From assembly GCA_041577335.1 (NCBI GenBank), contig JBFGJH010000016.1:1-56250 (forward strand): a stretch of 56,250 bases of DNA. Reading direction: 5' to 3'. The stretch comes from Acidimicrobiia bacterium. GTDB taxonomy: Bacteria > Actinomycetota > Acidimicrobiia > Spongiisociales > JAENVV01. Both the position numbers and the translations under genes were made by a program. Position 1 is the first letter of the stretch. Every line of letters begins with the position of its first letter. Of the stretch, positions 38,018-48,473 are shown one piece after another. The notes below the pieces were generated by a model, which was not told where the DNA came from, made no database searches, and was given only the letters and a program-made list of their open reading frames with translations.

Positions 38018-38569
38018 CTAGTCGCCGTAAGCGGCCTTCACGTGGGGCTTGCGGAGGTAGTAGATGGCCCAGCCGAAGAGCCCGCCATAGAGGATCACGT
38101 TGAACACGATCGAGCCGACAGTGATGGCATTCATCATCGCCTCGAAACCGGCTGGGACCGATTCGCCCTCCAGCTCGACGGTTGCGGCCAGAATGTCTTG
38201 AACCCACGTGTAGCTGATCGCGGTGGTGAGGAGCGTCGTGCCCAGCCACACCCAGGTGGCGGTTTCTCCGAGGCGGCGCCCCCACGGCTTCATTGTCCAC
38301 AGCCCGAACCCGCCTGCCGTCGCCAGTGCCGACTGTACGAGCGTCATTGCGAGCATGAGTGGGAAGATCGGAGACGCAAAAAGATCGAGGTACGCCTCGA
38401 GGGTGGGATCCGACTGGACCACTTCATCAGAGATCCGTCCGAAGAGTGGAACCACCGCCACGCCGATGACGCTGCCGAGGAATCCGAGGCCACCGAAGAT
38501 CATGTAGAGCATCCCAATGACCCCAGCTCCCGTGGGGCGTGCCGTCCGAGGAACGGGAGGGGGTGCCAT
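38018..38569 (-). CDS. Hypothetical four-TM membrane protein
   Basis: RPTGAGVIG, KPWGR, YLRKPHVKAAY; 2 nt downstream of folA. Confidence 0.75.
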   Translation of the reverse strand: MAPPPVPRTARPTGAGVIGMLYMIFGGLGFLGSVIGVAVVPLFGRISDEVVQSDPTLEAYLDLFASPIFPLMLAMTLVQSALATAGGFGLWTMKPWGRRLGETATWVWLGTTLLTTAISYTWVQDILAATVELEGESVPAGFEAMMNAITVGSIVFNVILYGGLFGWAIYYLRKPHVKAAYGD

Positions 38570-38571
38570 GG

Positions 38572-39096
38572 TCACGATGCCAACTCCTCTTCGATCGGTC
38601 TCCGCATCACCCGCTCGAAGGTACGGAACGAGAACGCGAAAAGGTGGTCGCCATCGGCTGGGTGGAACTCTTCTGCGATGAGCATCCACTGGGTCCAGTC
38701 GATGGCGGGCATGTAGACATCTCCCTCGATTTGGGCGTGCACCAGCGTCACGTCGAGTCGAGTGGCGAATGGCAACGCCTTCACGAAGAGACCGGCGCCG
38801 CCGATGCAGAACACCTGCTCGGTCGGAGCCTCGGCCAACGCTGCTCCGAGCGACCGCACGACCGTTGCCCCCGGAGCCTCGAGATCGTGTTGGCGCGACA
38901 CAACGATGTTGGCGCGGTTGGGAAGCGGGCGCACCCACAGTGAATCCCACGTCCGCCGTCCCATGACAACGGTGTGGCCTTCTGTCAGCGCTTTGAATCT
39001 GGCCAGGTCGTCGGGGAGCGACCAGGGAAGGCCGCCGTCGCGGCCAATGACTCCGTTTTCGGCCATCGCCCAGATGAGGCCGAGATGTGCGATCAC
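38572..39096 (-). CDS. folA: Dihydrofolate reductase
   Basis: [37 protein letters not shown]. Confidence 0.96.
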   Translation of the reverse strand: MIAHLGLIWAMAENGVIGRDGGLPWSLPDDLARFKALTEGHTVVMGRRTWDSLWVRPLPNRANIVVSRQHDLEAPGATVVRSLGAALAEAPTEQVFCIGGAGLFVKALPFATRLDVTLVHAQIEGDVYMPAIDWTQWMLIAEEFHPADGDHLFAFSFRTFERVMRRPIEEELAS

Positions 39097-39887
39097 ACAG
39101 CCACCGGGGCGGAGATGTGCGGATGCGGCTCATAGTCGACGACTCGGATGTCATCGTAGGTGAAGTCGAACAGGGACGTCACGGTGGGATTGAGCACGAG
39201 GCGGGGGAGCGGTCGTGGTTCGCGTTCGAGCTGGAGCCGCGCCTGCTCGCGGTGGTTGTCGTACAGGTGGGCGTCGCCGAGCGTGTGCACGAAATCGCCC
39301 GGCTCGAGGCCGGTGACCTGAGCAATCATCGCCACCAGAAGGGAATAGGAAGCAATGTTGAACGGCACACCCAGGAAGATGTCTGCCGATCGCTGATAGA
39401 GCTGGCAGGAGAGCTTGCCGTCGGCAACGTAGAACTGGAAGAGCAGATGGCAGGGGGGCAACGCCATCTCGTCGAGCTCCCCGACGTTCCAGGCGTTCAC
39501 GATGAGCCGGCGACTGTCCGGATTGGTGCGAATCTGTTCGACGACGTTGGTGAGCTGGTCGATCGTGCGGCCGTCGCTGGTCTCCCAAGAGCGCCATTGT
39601 TTCCCGTACACCGGCCCCAGGTTGCCTCCCTCGTCGGCCCATGCGTCCCAGATCGAGACGCCATGCTCGGTGAGGTACCTGGTGTTGGTGTCGCCGGCAA
39701 TGAACCACAGCAGCTCATGGAAAATGGATCGAGTGTGCAGCTTCTTGGTGGTCACCATGGGGAATCCCTCGGAGAGATCGAATCGCATTTGATGGCCAAA
39801 CACGCTGCGGGTTCCGACGCCCGTCCGATCGGACTTGGTGACGCCTTCGTCGAGCACACGCTGCATGAGGTCGAGGTACTGCTGCAC
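39093..39887 (-). CDS. thyA: Thymidylate synthase
   Basis: 264 aa; [42 protein letters not shown]. Confidence 0.98.
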   Translation of the reverse strand: MQQYLDLMQRVLDEGVTKSDRTGVGTRSVFGHQMRFDLSEGFPMVTTKKLHTRSIFHELLWFIAGDTNTRYLTEHGVSIWDAWADEGGNLGPVYGKQWRSWETSDGRTIDQLTNVVEQIRTNPDSRRLIVNAWNVGELDEMALPPCHLLFQFYVADGKLSCQLYQRSADIFLGVPFNIASYSLLVAMIAQVTGLEPGDFVHTLGDAHLYDNHREQARLQLEREPRPLPRLVLNPTVTSLFDFTYDDIRVVDYEPHPHISAPVAV

Positions 39888-39977
39888 GGCCAGATCATAC
39901 CGCGCCGGGAATTCCGGTCGGCGGCATGTTGGTTCGGCCGGGCGCTCTACGATGAGGTGCGGAATCCCAGAGTGAGT

Positions 39978-42023
39978 ATGGCGCCCGATCCACTTCTCCA
40001 ACCCTTTGATCTCAAGCATCTGACCTTTCGCAACCGGGTCATGTCGACGAGTCATGAGCCGGCTTATGCCGAGGACGCCAAACCGAAGCTGAGGTATCAG
40101 CTTTATCACGAGGAAAAAGCCAAGGGCGGTATCGCTCTCACGATGTTTGGCGGCTCAACGAACGTGGCGCCGGATTCTCCACCCGTATTCGGCCAGCTTT
40201 ACGCGGGCGACGACGACATCGTTCCCTACTTCCAGCAGCTGGCCGATCGGGTCCACGCTCATGGTGCCTACACGATGGTGCAGCTCACGCATATGGGCCG
40301 GCGCACGATCTCAGACGCGGGCGACTGGCTGCCGACGATCGCTCCGTCGAGCGTGAGGGAGCCGGCCCACCGCAGTTTTCCAAAGGAGATGGAGGAGGCT
40401 GACATCCGCAGGGTGGTCCACTCATTTGGGCAGGCAGCTCGGCGGGCCAAGGACGGGGGCCTCGACGGCGTGGAGGTCATTGCCTACGGACACCTCGTCG
40501 ATCAGTTTTGGTCGCCGACGGTGAACCAGCGCGCCGACCGGTACGGCGGCAGCCTTGAAAACCGCACCCGCTTTGCCATGGAGGTGCTCGAATCTATCCG
40601 CAACGAGGTGGGTGACGACTTCATCGTGGGCATCCGGATGAGCTTCGACGAGACCATCGACGGGGGAATCGACCAAGAGACAGGCATTGCCATCGGTCGG
40701 GCGCTGGCCCAAAGCGGCATGATCGACTTCGTCAACGTCATCAAAGGTTGGATTGCCACCGATGAAGCCATCGAACGAGTCATTCCTGGCTTGGGCACGC
40801 CGCTCGGCCCACATCTGGAACTGGCTGGAAGGGTGAAGGAGGCGGTCGGCCTTCCCGTGTTCCAGGCTGCCCGGATCGCCGATCTCGCCACGGCTCGTTA
40901 CGCCATCGAGCAGGGACTTGTCGACATGGTGGGCATGACCCGCGCACACATGGCCGACCCTCACATCGTTCGCAAACTCGAGGCGGGAGAGGCCGATCGC
41001 ATTCGCCCCTGTGTCGGAGCCTCGTATTGCATCAACCGGCTGTACACCGGCTACGAGGCACTCTGTATGCACAACCCGGCGACAGGTCGCGAGGAGACGA
41101 TCCCCCAGCTCACTCCGCCATCTGAGGGACCTGTCAAGCGGGTGGTCGTGGTGGGAGGTGGAGTGGCCGGACTGGAGGCTGCCCGGGTAGCGGCGGAGCG
41201 GGGCCATCGGGTCACGCTGTTCGAGGCCAGTCACGCCCTGGGGGGCCAGCTGGCGCTCGCGGCGCGAGCATCGGACCGCCGGGCCGATCTCATCGGTATC
41301 GTCGAATGGCTCGCCTCGGAGGCGAAGCTTCTTGGAGTCGACGTTCGGATGAACACGATTGCCGATGCCGACATCGTGAAGGCCCTCCATCCTGATGTCG
41401 TGTTTGTCGCAACGGGTGGCTGGCCCCGCACGTCCTTCCTGAGAGAGGGCGAGGAGCTGGTGACGACGACATGGGACATCATCTCGGGGGCGACTCGGCC
41501 GAGCTCTGGTGACGTCCTGTTCTTCGATGATCACGGGACGGAAGAGGGCCTGTCGTGCGTGGAGCGGATGTCCCGGGCGGGATCGAATGTGGAGATGGTG
41601 ACACCCGACCGGATGATTGGCCACGAGGTCATCGGCACCGCCTATCCGCCCTACCTCAAAGCGTTCTACGAACTCGGCGTCACGATGACCCCCAACCTTC
41701 GGCTGGTCGAGGTCCGCCGCCAGCGTGGCCGGCTGGTCGCGACGTTCTGGAACGACTACACCCATCAGGAAACCGAGAAGACATACGATCAGGTTGTGGT
41801 GGAGCACGGCACCGAGCCCGTGGCCGATGTCTACTTCGAGCTCCTGGCTGATTCGGTCAATGGAGGAGAGGTCGACGTGGATGAGCTGATTTCGATCGCC
41901 CCGCAGACCATCAACCGAAACTCGACCGGCTCGTTCGTCCTGTTTCGCATCGGCGACGCAGTGTCGAGCCGGAATGTCCACGCCGCAATGTACGAGGCCC
42001 GCCGGCTGGCGCTCCCGCTGTGA
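39978..42023 (+). CDS. NADH:flavin oxidoreductase (OYE barrel, 4Fe-4S, FAD), N-methylproline demethylase StcD/HpbA-like
   Basis: [17 protein letters not shown]...[32 protein letters not shown]...[23 protein letters not shown]. Confidence 0.88.
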   Translation: MAPDPLLQPFDLKHLTFRNRVMSTSHEPAYAEDAKPKLRYQLYHEEKAKGGIALTMFGGSTNVAPDSPPVFGQLYAGDDDIVPYFQQLADRVHAHGAYTMVQLTHMGRRTISDAGDWLPTIAPSSVREPAHRSFPKEMEEADIRRVVHSFGQAARRAKDGGLDGVEVIAYGHLVDQFWSPTVNQRADRYGGSLENRTRFAMEVLESIRNEVGDDFIVGIRMSFDETIDGGIDQETGIAIGRALAQSGMIDFVNVIKGWIATDEAIERVIPGLGTPLGPHLELAGRVKEAVGLPVFQAARIADLATARYAIEQGLVDMVGMTRAHMADPHIVRKLEAGEADRIRPCVGASYCINRLYTGYEALCMHNPATGREETIPQLTPPSEGPVKRVVVVGGGVAGLEAARVAAERGHRVTLFEASHALGGQLALAARASDRRADLIGIVEWLASEAKLLGVDVRMNTIADADIVKALHPDVVFVATGGWPRTSFLREGEELVTTTWDIISGATRPSSGDVLFFDDHGTEEGLSCVERMSRAGSNVEMVTPDRMIGHEVIGTAYPPYLKAFYELGVTMTPNLRLVEVRRQRGRLVATFWNDYTHQETEKTYDQVVVEHGTEPVADVYFELLADSVNGGEVDVDELISIAPQTINRNSTGSFVLFRIGDAVSSRNVHAAMYEARRLALPL

Positions 42024-42379
42024 CGATGCGGTTTCATCACGTCCAGCTGGCGATCCCGGTTGGCGGCGAGGACGAAGCGCAGACGTTTTGGGTGGAGCTG
42101 CTCGGGTTCGATGAGATCGTCAAACCCCTGGCGTTGGCGGACCGCGGAGGCAGGTGGTTTCGTAACGGCGAAGTGGAAATCCACTGTGGCGTGGAAGACC
42201 CCTTCAGCCCAGCGAAGAAGGCCCATCCAGCTTTCGAGGTCGAAGACCTCGTGGTGTCGGCTGCTCTGTTGCAAGGTGCCGGGTACCTGACAAAGCCCGA
42301 CAATCTCTTGGTTGGCTACCGGCGGTTCTATGCCAATGACCCCTTCGGGAACCGGTTGGAGTTCTTAGCTCGCGGATAG
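42020..42379 (+). CDS. VOC/glyoxalase family protein
   Basis: HHVQLAIP, PAKKAHPAF, DPFGNRLE. Confidence 0.9.
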   Translation: MTMRFHHVQLAIPVGGEDEAQTFWVELLGFDEIVKPLALADRGGRWFRNGEVEIHCGVEDPFSPAKKAHPAFEVEDLVVSAALLQGAGYLTKPDNLLVGYRRFYANDPFGNRLEFLARG

Positions 42380-42392
42380 GGCGAGCCAATGA

Positions 42393-42423
42393 CAGAGGAC
42401 CCGGCCGACGGCCGGGTCCTCTG
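42393..42423. terminator. Bidirectional terminator-like hairpin between convergent genes
   Basis: Perfect inverted repeat CAGAGGACCCGGCCG-A-CGGCCGGGTCCTCTG. Confidence 0.8.
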
Positions 42424-42448
42424 ATTGTCGACGGTCTGGCTATTCGGA

Positions 42449-43264
42449 CTACTGCCCAGATCCAAGCTGTGCGTCCCGGTCGAGCGGGATTGGAATGAAG
42501 GTCAGCGGCGCGGTGGCTGCCCACGTCGCGGAGAACTCAGCCGTGCCAGCTCCGGCTGAGAACGCATAGATCTGACCCCCAAACTCCGATGTGACATCGT
42601 TGACGCCGTCATTCCTGTAGAACCCGTAGCCAGAAATGTTGGTGTCGTAGTCGACGAATATGCACATATAGCCTGGATCCGCTCCAGGATCTGTGACAGT
42701 TCCGCTGCAAGTGGCGGGTAACGGATCTCCTGATTCGATGATCAAGACGTCCAGATTTCCGGGCATCGGCACCTGGAAGCTGATCGATTCTTCCATGACC
42801 TCGGAAGCACCGGTCGCCGATATTCCTGTGCCCACCGCCCCGTAGAGCGTCTGGAAGGCAGGAACATCGTTGTCGTACTCGTGGAACGCTCCACTGCTCT
42901 TGCCGTCCAGCGTGTCAGCGTTGTCGGCCTCCGTGGCCGAGTCTGCCGTCGCGGCGTGGTCGGCCGTTTCCGCCGTCGCTGCGTCAACGACCTTGTTCTC
43001 GGCGACGTTGCGCAAGAACTTGGCCATCTGGCCTCTGGTGACGCTGTCGCCGGGGCAGTACTCGGTCGGCGTGCATCCGCTGGTGATGCCGTTGTCGGCC
43101 ATCCAGGCGATGTCGCTGTGGAAGATGTGCGTGTCGGGCACATCGGTGAAGCTGTGAGAGGCGCTCACTGCCACCGGTGCCAGCACCATGGCTGCCACGA
43201 TCGCCACAAAACCGTACTTGACCCACGACTTTTTGACACGAAGCGTGTACTCACGCGTGTTCAT
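42449..43264 (-). CDS. Secreted S-layer homology (SLH) domain protein
   Basis: Signal peptide; FTDVPDTHIFHSDIAWMADNGITSGC...YCPGDSVTRGQMAKFL; GGGAGG RBS. Confidence 0.85.
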   Translation of the reverse strand: MNTREYTLRVKKSWVKYGFVAIVAAMVLAPVAVSASHSFTDVPDTHIFHSDIAWMADNGITSGCTPTEYCPGDSVTRGQMAKFLRNVAENKVVDAATAETADHAATADSATEADNADTLDGKSSGAFHEYDNDVPAFQTLYGAVGTGISATGASEVMEESISFQVPMPGNLDVLIIESGDPLPATCSGTVTDPGADPGYMCIFVDYDTNISGYGFYRNDGVNDVTSEFGGQIYAFSAGAGTAEFSATWAATAPLTFIPIPLDRDAQLGSGQ

Positions 43265-43404
43265 GATTCCCTCCCTTGGGATCGTCGCGCCCCAACCTAC
43301 GCCTCCTGCTGACGAGATGCTTAACGCCGGTGGTCGGGCCTATTCCTTCCCCGTGCCGGCGGTCGGGAGGGCGCAGTGTGTGCTCCTCTGGCAGTATCAG
43401 ATCC

Positions 43405-44076
43405 ATGACCGTTGTGGTGTTTGATGTCAATGAGACCCTCTTGGACCTCTCGGTGCTCAGGCCCGGCTTCGACGAACTGTTTGGTGATGGCGCGGCCGCT
43501 ATGAGGGAGTGGTTCCCCTCCCTCCTTCATGCCAGCCTGGTCACTAACGAGCTCAAGAGCTACGAGTCGTTTGGCCAACTCGCTTCCCGAGCGCTGCGAT
43601 CGATGGCCGCTCGTCGATCCGTCACCCTGCCCGAGGAGTTGGCGGCCGATTTGCTCAAACCGTTTCGGAGCCTGCCCCCTCACCCGGATGTCGTTGAGGG
43701 CTTGACCATGCTTGCGGCGGAGGGTGTCCGCATGGCCGCGCTCACCAACACCTCTTACGACAGCCTCGCCGAACTCCTGGCAAATGCCGGCGTGGCTCCC
43801 TTCTTGGAGCAGATCCTGTCGGTCGATGAGGTGCGCCGCTTCAAGCCGGCCCCGGAGCCGTACCTCATGGCAGCCGACAAGCTCGATGTCGACATCACCG
43901 ACGTGGTCATGGTCGCCTCCCACGACTGGGATCTCATGGGCGCTCGTGCAGCAGGGGCACGCTCGGCATTCATCGCTCGGCTTGGTTCGGTGTGGAGTTA
44001 TCCGGACGCGTCACCCGACTACGAAGGAGGCGACCTCATCGAGGTCGCCTCCCAGATCATCGCTGATGTCGCCTGA
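43405..44076 (+). CDS. Haloacid dehalogenase type II
   Basis: FDVNETLLD, ALTN, FKPAPEPY, VASHDWD. Confidence 0.9.
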   Translation: MTVVVFDVNETLLDLSVLRPGFDELFGDGAAAMREWFPSLLHASLVTNELKSYESFGQLASRALRSMAARRSVTLPEELAADLLKPFRSLPPHPDVVEGLTMLAAEGVRMAALTNTSYDSLAELLANAGVAPFLEQILSVDEVRRFKPAPEPYLMAADKLDVDITDVVMVASHDWDLMGARAAGARSAFIARLGSVWSYPDASPDYEGGDLIEVASQIIADVA

Positions 44077-44078
44077 CG

Positions 44079-45449
44079 TCACTCCTCGACGATGAGTGCC
44101 GTCACCATTCCGAACATGCCTTCCTCGCGCTCCACGTGGTTGAGGATGTGGCAGTGCCACACCCAGACGCCGGGGTCCTCGGCATGCAGAATGACCGTAA
44201 ACCGCTCGCCGGGCGCGACGTTCACGGTGTCTGCCCAGTAGGGCTCATCGAGCGGGATCCCATCCTTGGCAATGATCAGCTGCGGGAACTGATGCTGGTG
44301 CATCGGGTGTATCTGTAGACCCTCGTTGTAGTAGTGCACCATGATCCAGTCGTCCTTCTGGAGCACATACGGCTCCGTGGCCGGGAACGACTTGCCATTC
44401 AAGGAGAACCCGATAGTCCCGGCGTCGTTGAGCACCATGGGGATCTCCCTGGCGATCTCGAGATCGGCCGGGACATCGATCCCGCCGATCGTCCGCCCGC
44501 GCGGAATGGGCACCTCGCCGATTGTCATCACGGCGAACATGCCGTTGGGCACCTGCAGCTGTGCGTGATGGTGGGCGTGATACATGCCCACGGCCGGGTC
44601 TTCTGCCGTGAACTCGTAGGTGAACGTCTGGCCGGACTCGATGAGCGGCTGGGTGAGCGGCGCCACACCGTCCATGTCGTTGGGAGTGTGGATTCCGTGC
44701 CAATGGATGTCGGTCCCCATGGGCAGTTGGTTGTCGATGACCACCTGGATCTTGTCCCCGAGATCGAGATCGATCCAGGGCCCGGGGACCATGCCGTTGT
44801 ACGTCCAGGCGTCGACGAACTTGCCGGGCTCGACTTCCCAGTCGACGATCGCAGCGGTCAGCTCGAACCGTTTCGTCCCATCGGCGAGGATCTCCGGCTC
44901 GAGGAGTTGGTTCCCCATTCCCTCGGTCTCGGCGGGGAACGCCAATATCGAGTTCACCATGGCGGCGTCGAGCGCGGCCCAATCCGGGTCCTCTCCCATG
45001 TCGTGCCCGCCGCCAACGGTGAGACCTGGCTCTTCACTGACGACGAGAGTGGCGACCATCCCGGCCTCCTTGTGACCGGCGATTTCGCATGTCAACTGGT
45101 ACTGACCCGGGGTGAGCTCGCCGACCGCCCAGTTCGTCGACTCGCCGCTATTGAGGTCCTCGGATTGCCCAATGCCCTCGATGGCCAGGTTGTGAACGAC
45201 GCCGCCATCGTTGTGCAGTTCGATCGTCACGTCGCCGGGCGGGATGGTGAGGTCGCCGTCGATGGCGAATTCGGTCATGCTGATGTGGGGGGCAACCGCG
45301 CCGCCCGCCTCGGATTCGTCGGCGGATGCCGCTGCCGGCGTGCCGCCCCTGATCGTGGCGATGGCGGCGATCACGGCAATCACGACCGCGATGACGCCGA
45401 AGATGCCAATCAAGACGGCGACGAACTTCTCGAAACTCCGATCTTCCAT
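44079..45449 (-). CDS. Membrane-anchored two-domain multicopper oxidase with extra N-terminal cupredoxin
   Basis: TM; HN...CEIAGHKEAGM; IHWHG; YHAHHH; HPMHQH; WHCHILNH...GM. Confidence 0.9.
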   Translation of the reverse strand: MEDRSFEKFVAVLIGIFGVIAVVIAVIAAIATIRGGTPAAASADESEAGGAVAPHISMTEFAIDGDLTIPPGDVTIELHNDGGVVHNLAIEGIGQSEDLNSGESTNWAVGELTPGQYQLTCEIAGHKEAGMVATLVVSEEPGLTVGGGHDMGEDPDWAALDAAMVNSILAFPAETEGMGNQLLEPEILADGTKRFELTAAIVDWEVEPGKFVDAWTYNGMVPGPWIDLDLGDKIQVVIDNQLPMGTDIHWHGIHTPNDMDGVAPLTQPLIESGQTFTYEFTAEDPAVGMYHAHHHAQLQVPNGMFAVMTIGEVPIPRGRTIGGIDVPADLEIAREIPMVLNDAGTIGFSLNGKSFPATEPYVLQKDDWIMVHYYNEGLQIHPMHQHQFPQLIIAKDGIPLDEPYWADTVNVAPGERFTVILHAEDPGVWVWHCHILNHVEREEGMFGMVTALIVEE

Positions 45450-45589
45450 GTCTGGGATGCTCCTCTGAGTGATGTTGCAGCAGTGTTTGGTCGGGGCAGC
45501 CTATTCCTTCCGACCCCAGAACCCCAAGACCGCGGGAGAAAGGTCCTGGCGTCCGGCGGCCCGGTGACCAACCTCGGCCAGAGTCGCAG

Positions 45590-45942
45590 GTTTCTTCTCG
45601 GTGGAGAGGCCAAGGCAAACAAGTTGCCGTGGGGTCGCCAAACACATCCCACTCGAACCCAGTCAAGCTGTGTGTTTCGACAAATATCCGCCGAGCTCGA
45701 CCACTCGATCCCGGATCTTCCTCCACTTGCTGGTGCCGTCGACGTGCAAGCAGTTCTTGCCTGGCGTCGGCTCGGGGGACTCTCTGGAAGGCGAGTGAGA
45801 CTCCGGGCCGCTGGCATGTCAGCCATAAGTAGTCATGGGCCTCGTGCCGGATCTCCACGCCGAGGAGAGGGGTCCAGAATGCGGCCAGATGGTACGGATC
45901 GATGGTATCGAACATCACGGTGTTGATCTGTGGCGCATCCAT
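45590..45942 (-). pseudogene. Frameshifted VOC (glyoxalase-like) gene
   Basis: FDTIDPYHLAAFW...LAFQRVP / EPTPGKNCLHVD...RVVELGG / VFGDP / GNLF are spread over different frames. First shift is in a 5-base G/C run at 45774-45778; 3' end approximate. Confidence 0.75.
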
Positions 45943-46005
45943 GCAGGGACTCTTGGGTCACGACGGAGTACCGGCGTCCCGGAAACGGCGTGAGGAGGGC
46001 GTGCC

Positions 46006-47241
46006 TCAGCGAATCAGCCGCGCCGACCGGTTGCGGGTGATGTAGTTCAGTGACCACTGGATCATCACCAGCAGCCGGTTTTCGAATCCGATCAGGAAGT
46101 AGATGTGAATGGCCAGCCAGGCGACCCACGCCGGCCAGCCCGAGAAATGAAGTGGCCCGAGGTCAGCGACGGCAGCGCTTCGCCCGATGGTTGCCAAGGC
46201 TCCCTTGTCCCGGTAGCGAAACGGGGCAGCCGCTCGTCCGGCAATGCGAGCCCTTATGGCCTTCGCGACGTACTTGCCCATCTGTATCGCGGCTGGGCTC
46301 GTACCCGGGACCAGACCGTCGCCGTGCTCGACCGCGGCTGTGTCACCGATCACGAAGACCTCCGGGTGTCCGGGCACCGTGAGGTCGGGACCGACAACGA
46401 CCCTTCCGGCGCGATCCAGCGTGGCCCCGGCCGCTTCCAGCGTTCGGGCGAGGGGAGCCGCTCGCACCCCTGCCGCCCACACGGCCACACCGCTGGTCAC
46501 GGTTTCCGTTTGCTCGCCGTCGGTCATCGTGATCGCGCCTCCGTCAATGTCTTCGACCCGCCATCCCAGTCGCACCTCCACGCCCAGGTCCTCCACCTGC
46601 TTCTTGGCTTTGGCGGATAGCTCAACCGGGTAGGGCAGCAGCACCCGGTCAGCTGCCTCGACGAGGAGCACGTGGGCCCGGCGGGGATCGATCGACCGAA
46701 ATTCTTGTTTGAGGGTGTGGTTGGCCATTTCGGCGATGGCCCCCGCCATCTCCAGCCCGGTCGGCCCGCCGCCGATGACCACAAAGCTCAGGGATGCGTC
46801 TTCGCCTCTCTCGGCACGCTCGAAGCTCTCGAGAATGCGGCCGCGGATGAGTGTGGCGTCGTCGAGGGTCTTGAGCCCGGGGGCGTCTTCCTCCCATGCG
46901 TCATTGCCGAAATAGTGATGGCCGGCGCCCGTCGCAACGATGAGTGTGTCGTACGGAGTCTCGGTGTGGACTCCGCGGACCATCCGGCGGTCGGCATCGA
47001 TGCTCAGAACCGTATCCATGAGGACGGTGGTGTTCTTCTGTCGTCGGAGGATGTGGCGAATCGGAGAGGCGATATCGGCAGGGGAAAGCCCACCGGTGGC
47101 CACCTGATAAAGGAGCGGCTGAAAGAGATGATGGTTGGTGCGGTCGATGAGAGTCACATCGACATCGGCTCTGCGCAGGTCTTTGGCGGCGTTGAGACCT
47201 CCAAATCCGCCGCCAACGATCACGACACGGTGTCTTGCCAT
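46006..47241 (-). CDS. ndh: Type II NADH dehydrogenase (NAD(P)/FAD oxidoreductase)
   Basis: GGGFGG, HLFQPLLYQVATG, GGGPTGLEMAG, WAAGV, YRDKG, IHIYFLIGFENR. Confidence 0.92.
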   Translation of the reverse strand: MARHRVVIVGGGFGGLNAAKDLRRADVDVTLIDRTNHHLFQPLLYQVATGGLSPADIASPIRHILRRQKNTTVLMDTVLSIDADRRMVRGVHTETPYDTLIVATGAGHHYFGNDAWEEDAPGLKTLDDATLIRGRILESFERAERGEDASLSFVVIGGGPTGLEMAGAIAEMANHTLKQEFRSIDPRRAHVLLVEAADRVLLPYPVELSAKAKKQVEDLGVEVRLGWRVEDIDGGAITMTDGEQTETVTSGVAVWAAGVRAAPLARTLEAAGATLDRAGRVVVGPDLTVPGHPEVFVIGDTAAVEHGDGLVPGTSPAAIQMGKYVAKAIRARIAGRAAAPFRYRDKGALATIGRSAAVADLGPLHFSGWPAWVAWLAIHIYFLIGFENRLLVMIQWSLNYITRNRSARLIR

Positions 47242-47251
47242 GCTTCCAAGG

Positions 47252-48439
47252 TTAGGTCGGCTCTCGCGCATCCAACCCGCGTCGCACGACCAACGTCACC
47301 ACTCCGGCCGCAATCGTCAGCGCTGCTGCTGTGGCAAGCCACGCAGCTTCATAGGACCTGTTCTCGATGAGCCACCCGAGTCCCGCCGGGCCGAGGCCGG
47401 CTCCCAAGAAGATCCCTGCTTGGGTGATGGCCGTGGAGCCCGCCGGCCTGCCGGCATTGGCGCGCACGACTCCAAAGGTCATGAGGCCCGGCCACCCCCA
47501 GCCGGTGGCGAAGGCCACCACCGTGAGCACCACAAACGCCCCGGCTGGAACGACCGAGAAGAGCACGAACGCCACTGCGCCGACAAGGACGGCTCCGGCC
47601 ACCCACGAGAGCCCGTTGGCTTGCTTGCGGTCGGCCCAGTACCCGTAGGTGATCCGGGCAGTGATGCTGGCTGCCGATCCCAGCGCCAGGATCAATCCGG
47701 CCTGTGCCTCTGAGAACCCCGCCTCGATGGCGGCATCGACGTGGAACGCGCCCAGCGCCATCGCGGCCACGGTTGCAAATGCCGAGCCGAGGCCCAACAT
47801 CGTGAGCCAGGCGGTACCCATGCCACGCTGCGGCGCGGATTGCGGCGTTGCCGTCAATTCGTACGGCTGCGGCTCTGTCGGGATCAACACCACCACGACC
47901 AACGCGAGCAGTGCCGAGGCTGCGAAGACCCACCGCCATCCGAGCGTCAGCGCAATCGTCGGGACCGCCAGACCTGCCAGCAGCGACGAAGTCGGAATTC
48001 CTCCGTGCTTGAAGCCGAAAATGAGGCCCTGGCGAGCCGGAGGGACGTCACGGGCCAGCGCCAGGTTGGCAGCCGGGTTGGCGATCCCGTAGAGCAAAGC
48101 CGCCGGGATGAGCCCCACAAACAGACCGCGCACCGAAGTGGCGAACAGGCCGATCCCGGCGAGGACCACTGCGGCCCCGACAGCGTTGGCCAGCATCGAT
48201 CGCCGCCACCCAATCCGCTCCACCACTCGCCCCCCGATCAGGCGGGACGAAACTGCCGCGGTGAGGAAATATGCGGCGGTCATGAATCCGAGCATCTGTG
48301 CGCCATATCCGAGCTCAGGCCCTGCCTGTTCGATGGTGGCTGCGACGACGAAAGCTGGTTGCGTTGCCACAGTGACGACAAGGATCGACGACGCCACGAG
48401 GCGCCAATTGATCGACGAGAGAGGTAGCGCAACCGACAC
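47252..48439 (-). CDS. MFS transporter
   Basis: About 12 hydrophobic segments, GRVVERIGWRR, GYWADRK; start uncertain. Confidence 0.85.
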   Translation of the reverse strand: MSVALPLSSINWRLVASSILVVTVATQPAFVVAATIEQAGPELGYGAQMLGFMTAAYFLTAAVSSRLIGGRVVERIGWRRSMLANAVGAAVVLAGIGLFATSVRGLFVGLIPAALLYGIANPAANLALARDVPPARQGLIFGFKHGGIPTSSLLAGLAVPTIALTLGWRWVFAASALLALVVVVLIPTEPQPYELTATPQSAPQRGMGTAWLTMLGLGSAFATVAAMALGAFHVDAAIEAGFSEAQAGLILALGSAASITARITYGYWADRKQANGLSWVAGAVLVGAVAFVLFSVVPAGAFVVLTVVAFATGWGWPGLMTFGVVRANAGRPAGSTAITQAGIFLGAGLGPAGLGWLIENRSYEAAWLATAAALTIAAGVVTLVVRRGLDAREPT

Positions 48440-48473
48440 GGTGCCATTGTCGCGGGTTGTGCGTCGTTCCGAG

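Noticed and set aside
39087..42023. 978 aa oxidoreductase ORF
   Set aside because: The first 297 codons are antisense to thyA; homology starts at ATG 39978.
45534..45547. DosR/OsdR-like box (AGGACCTTTCTCCC, minus strand) upstream of the copper oxidase
   Set aside because: A single imperfect match in GC-rich DNA with no cognate regulator in the window; too weak to call.
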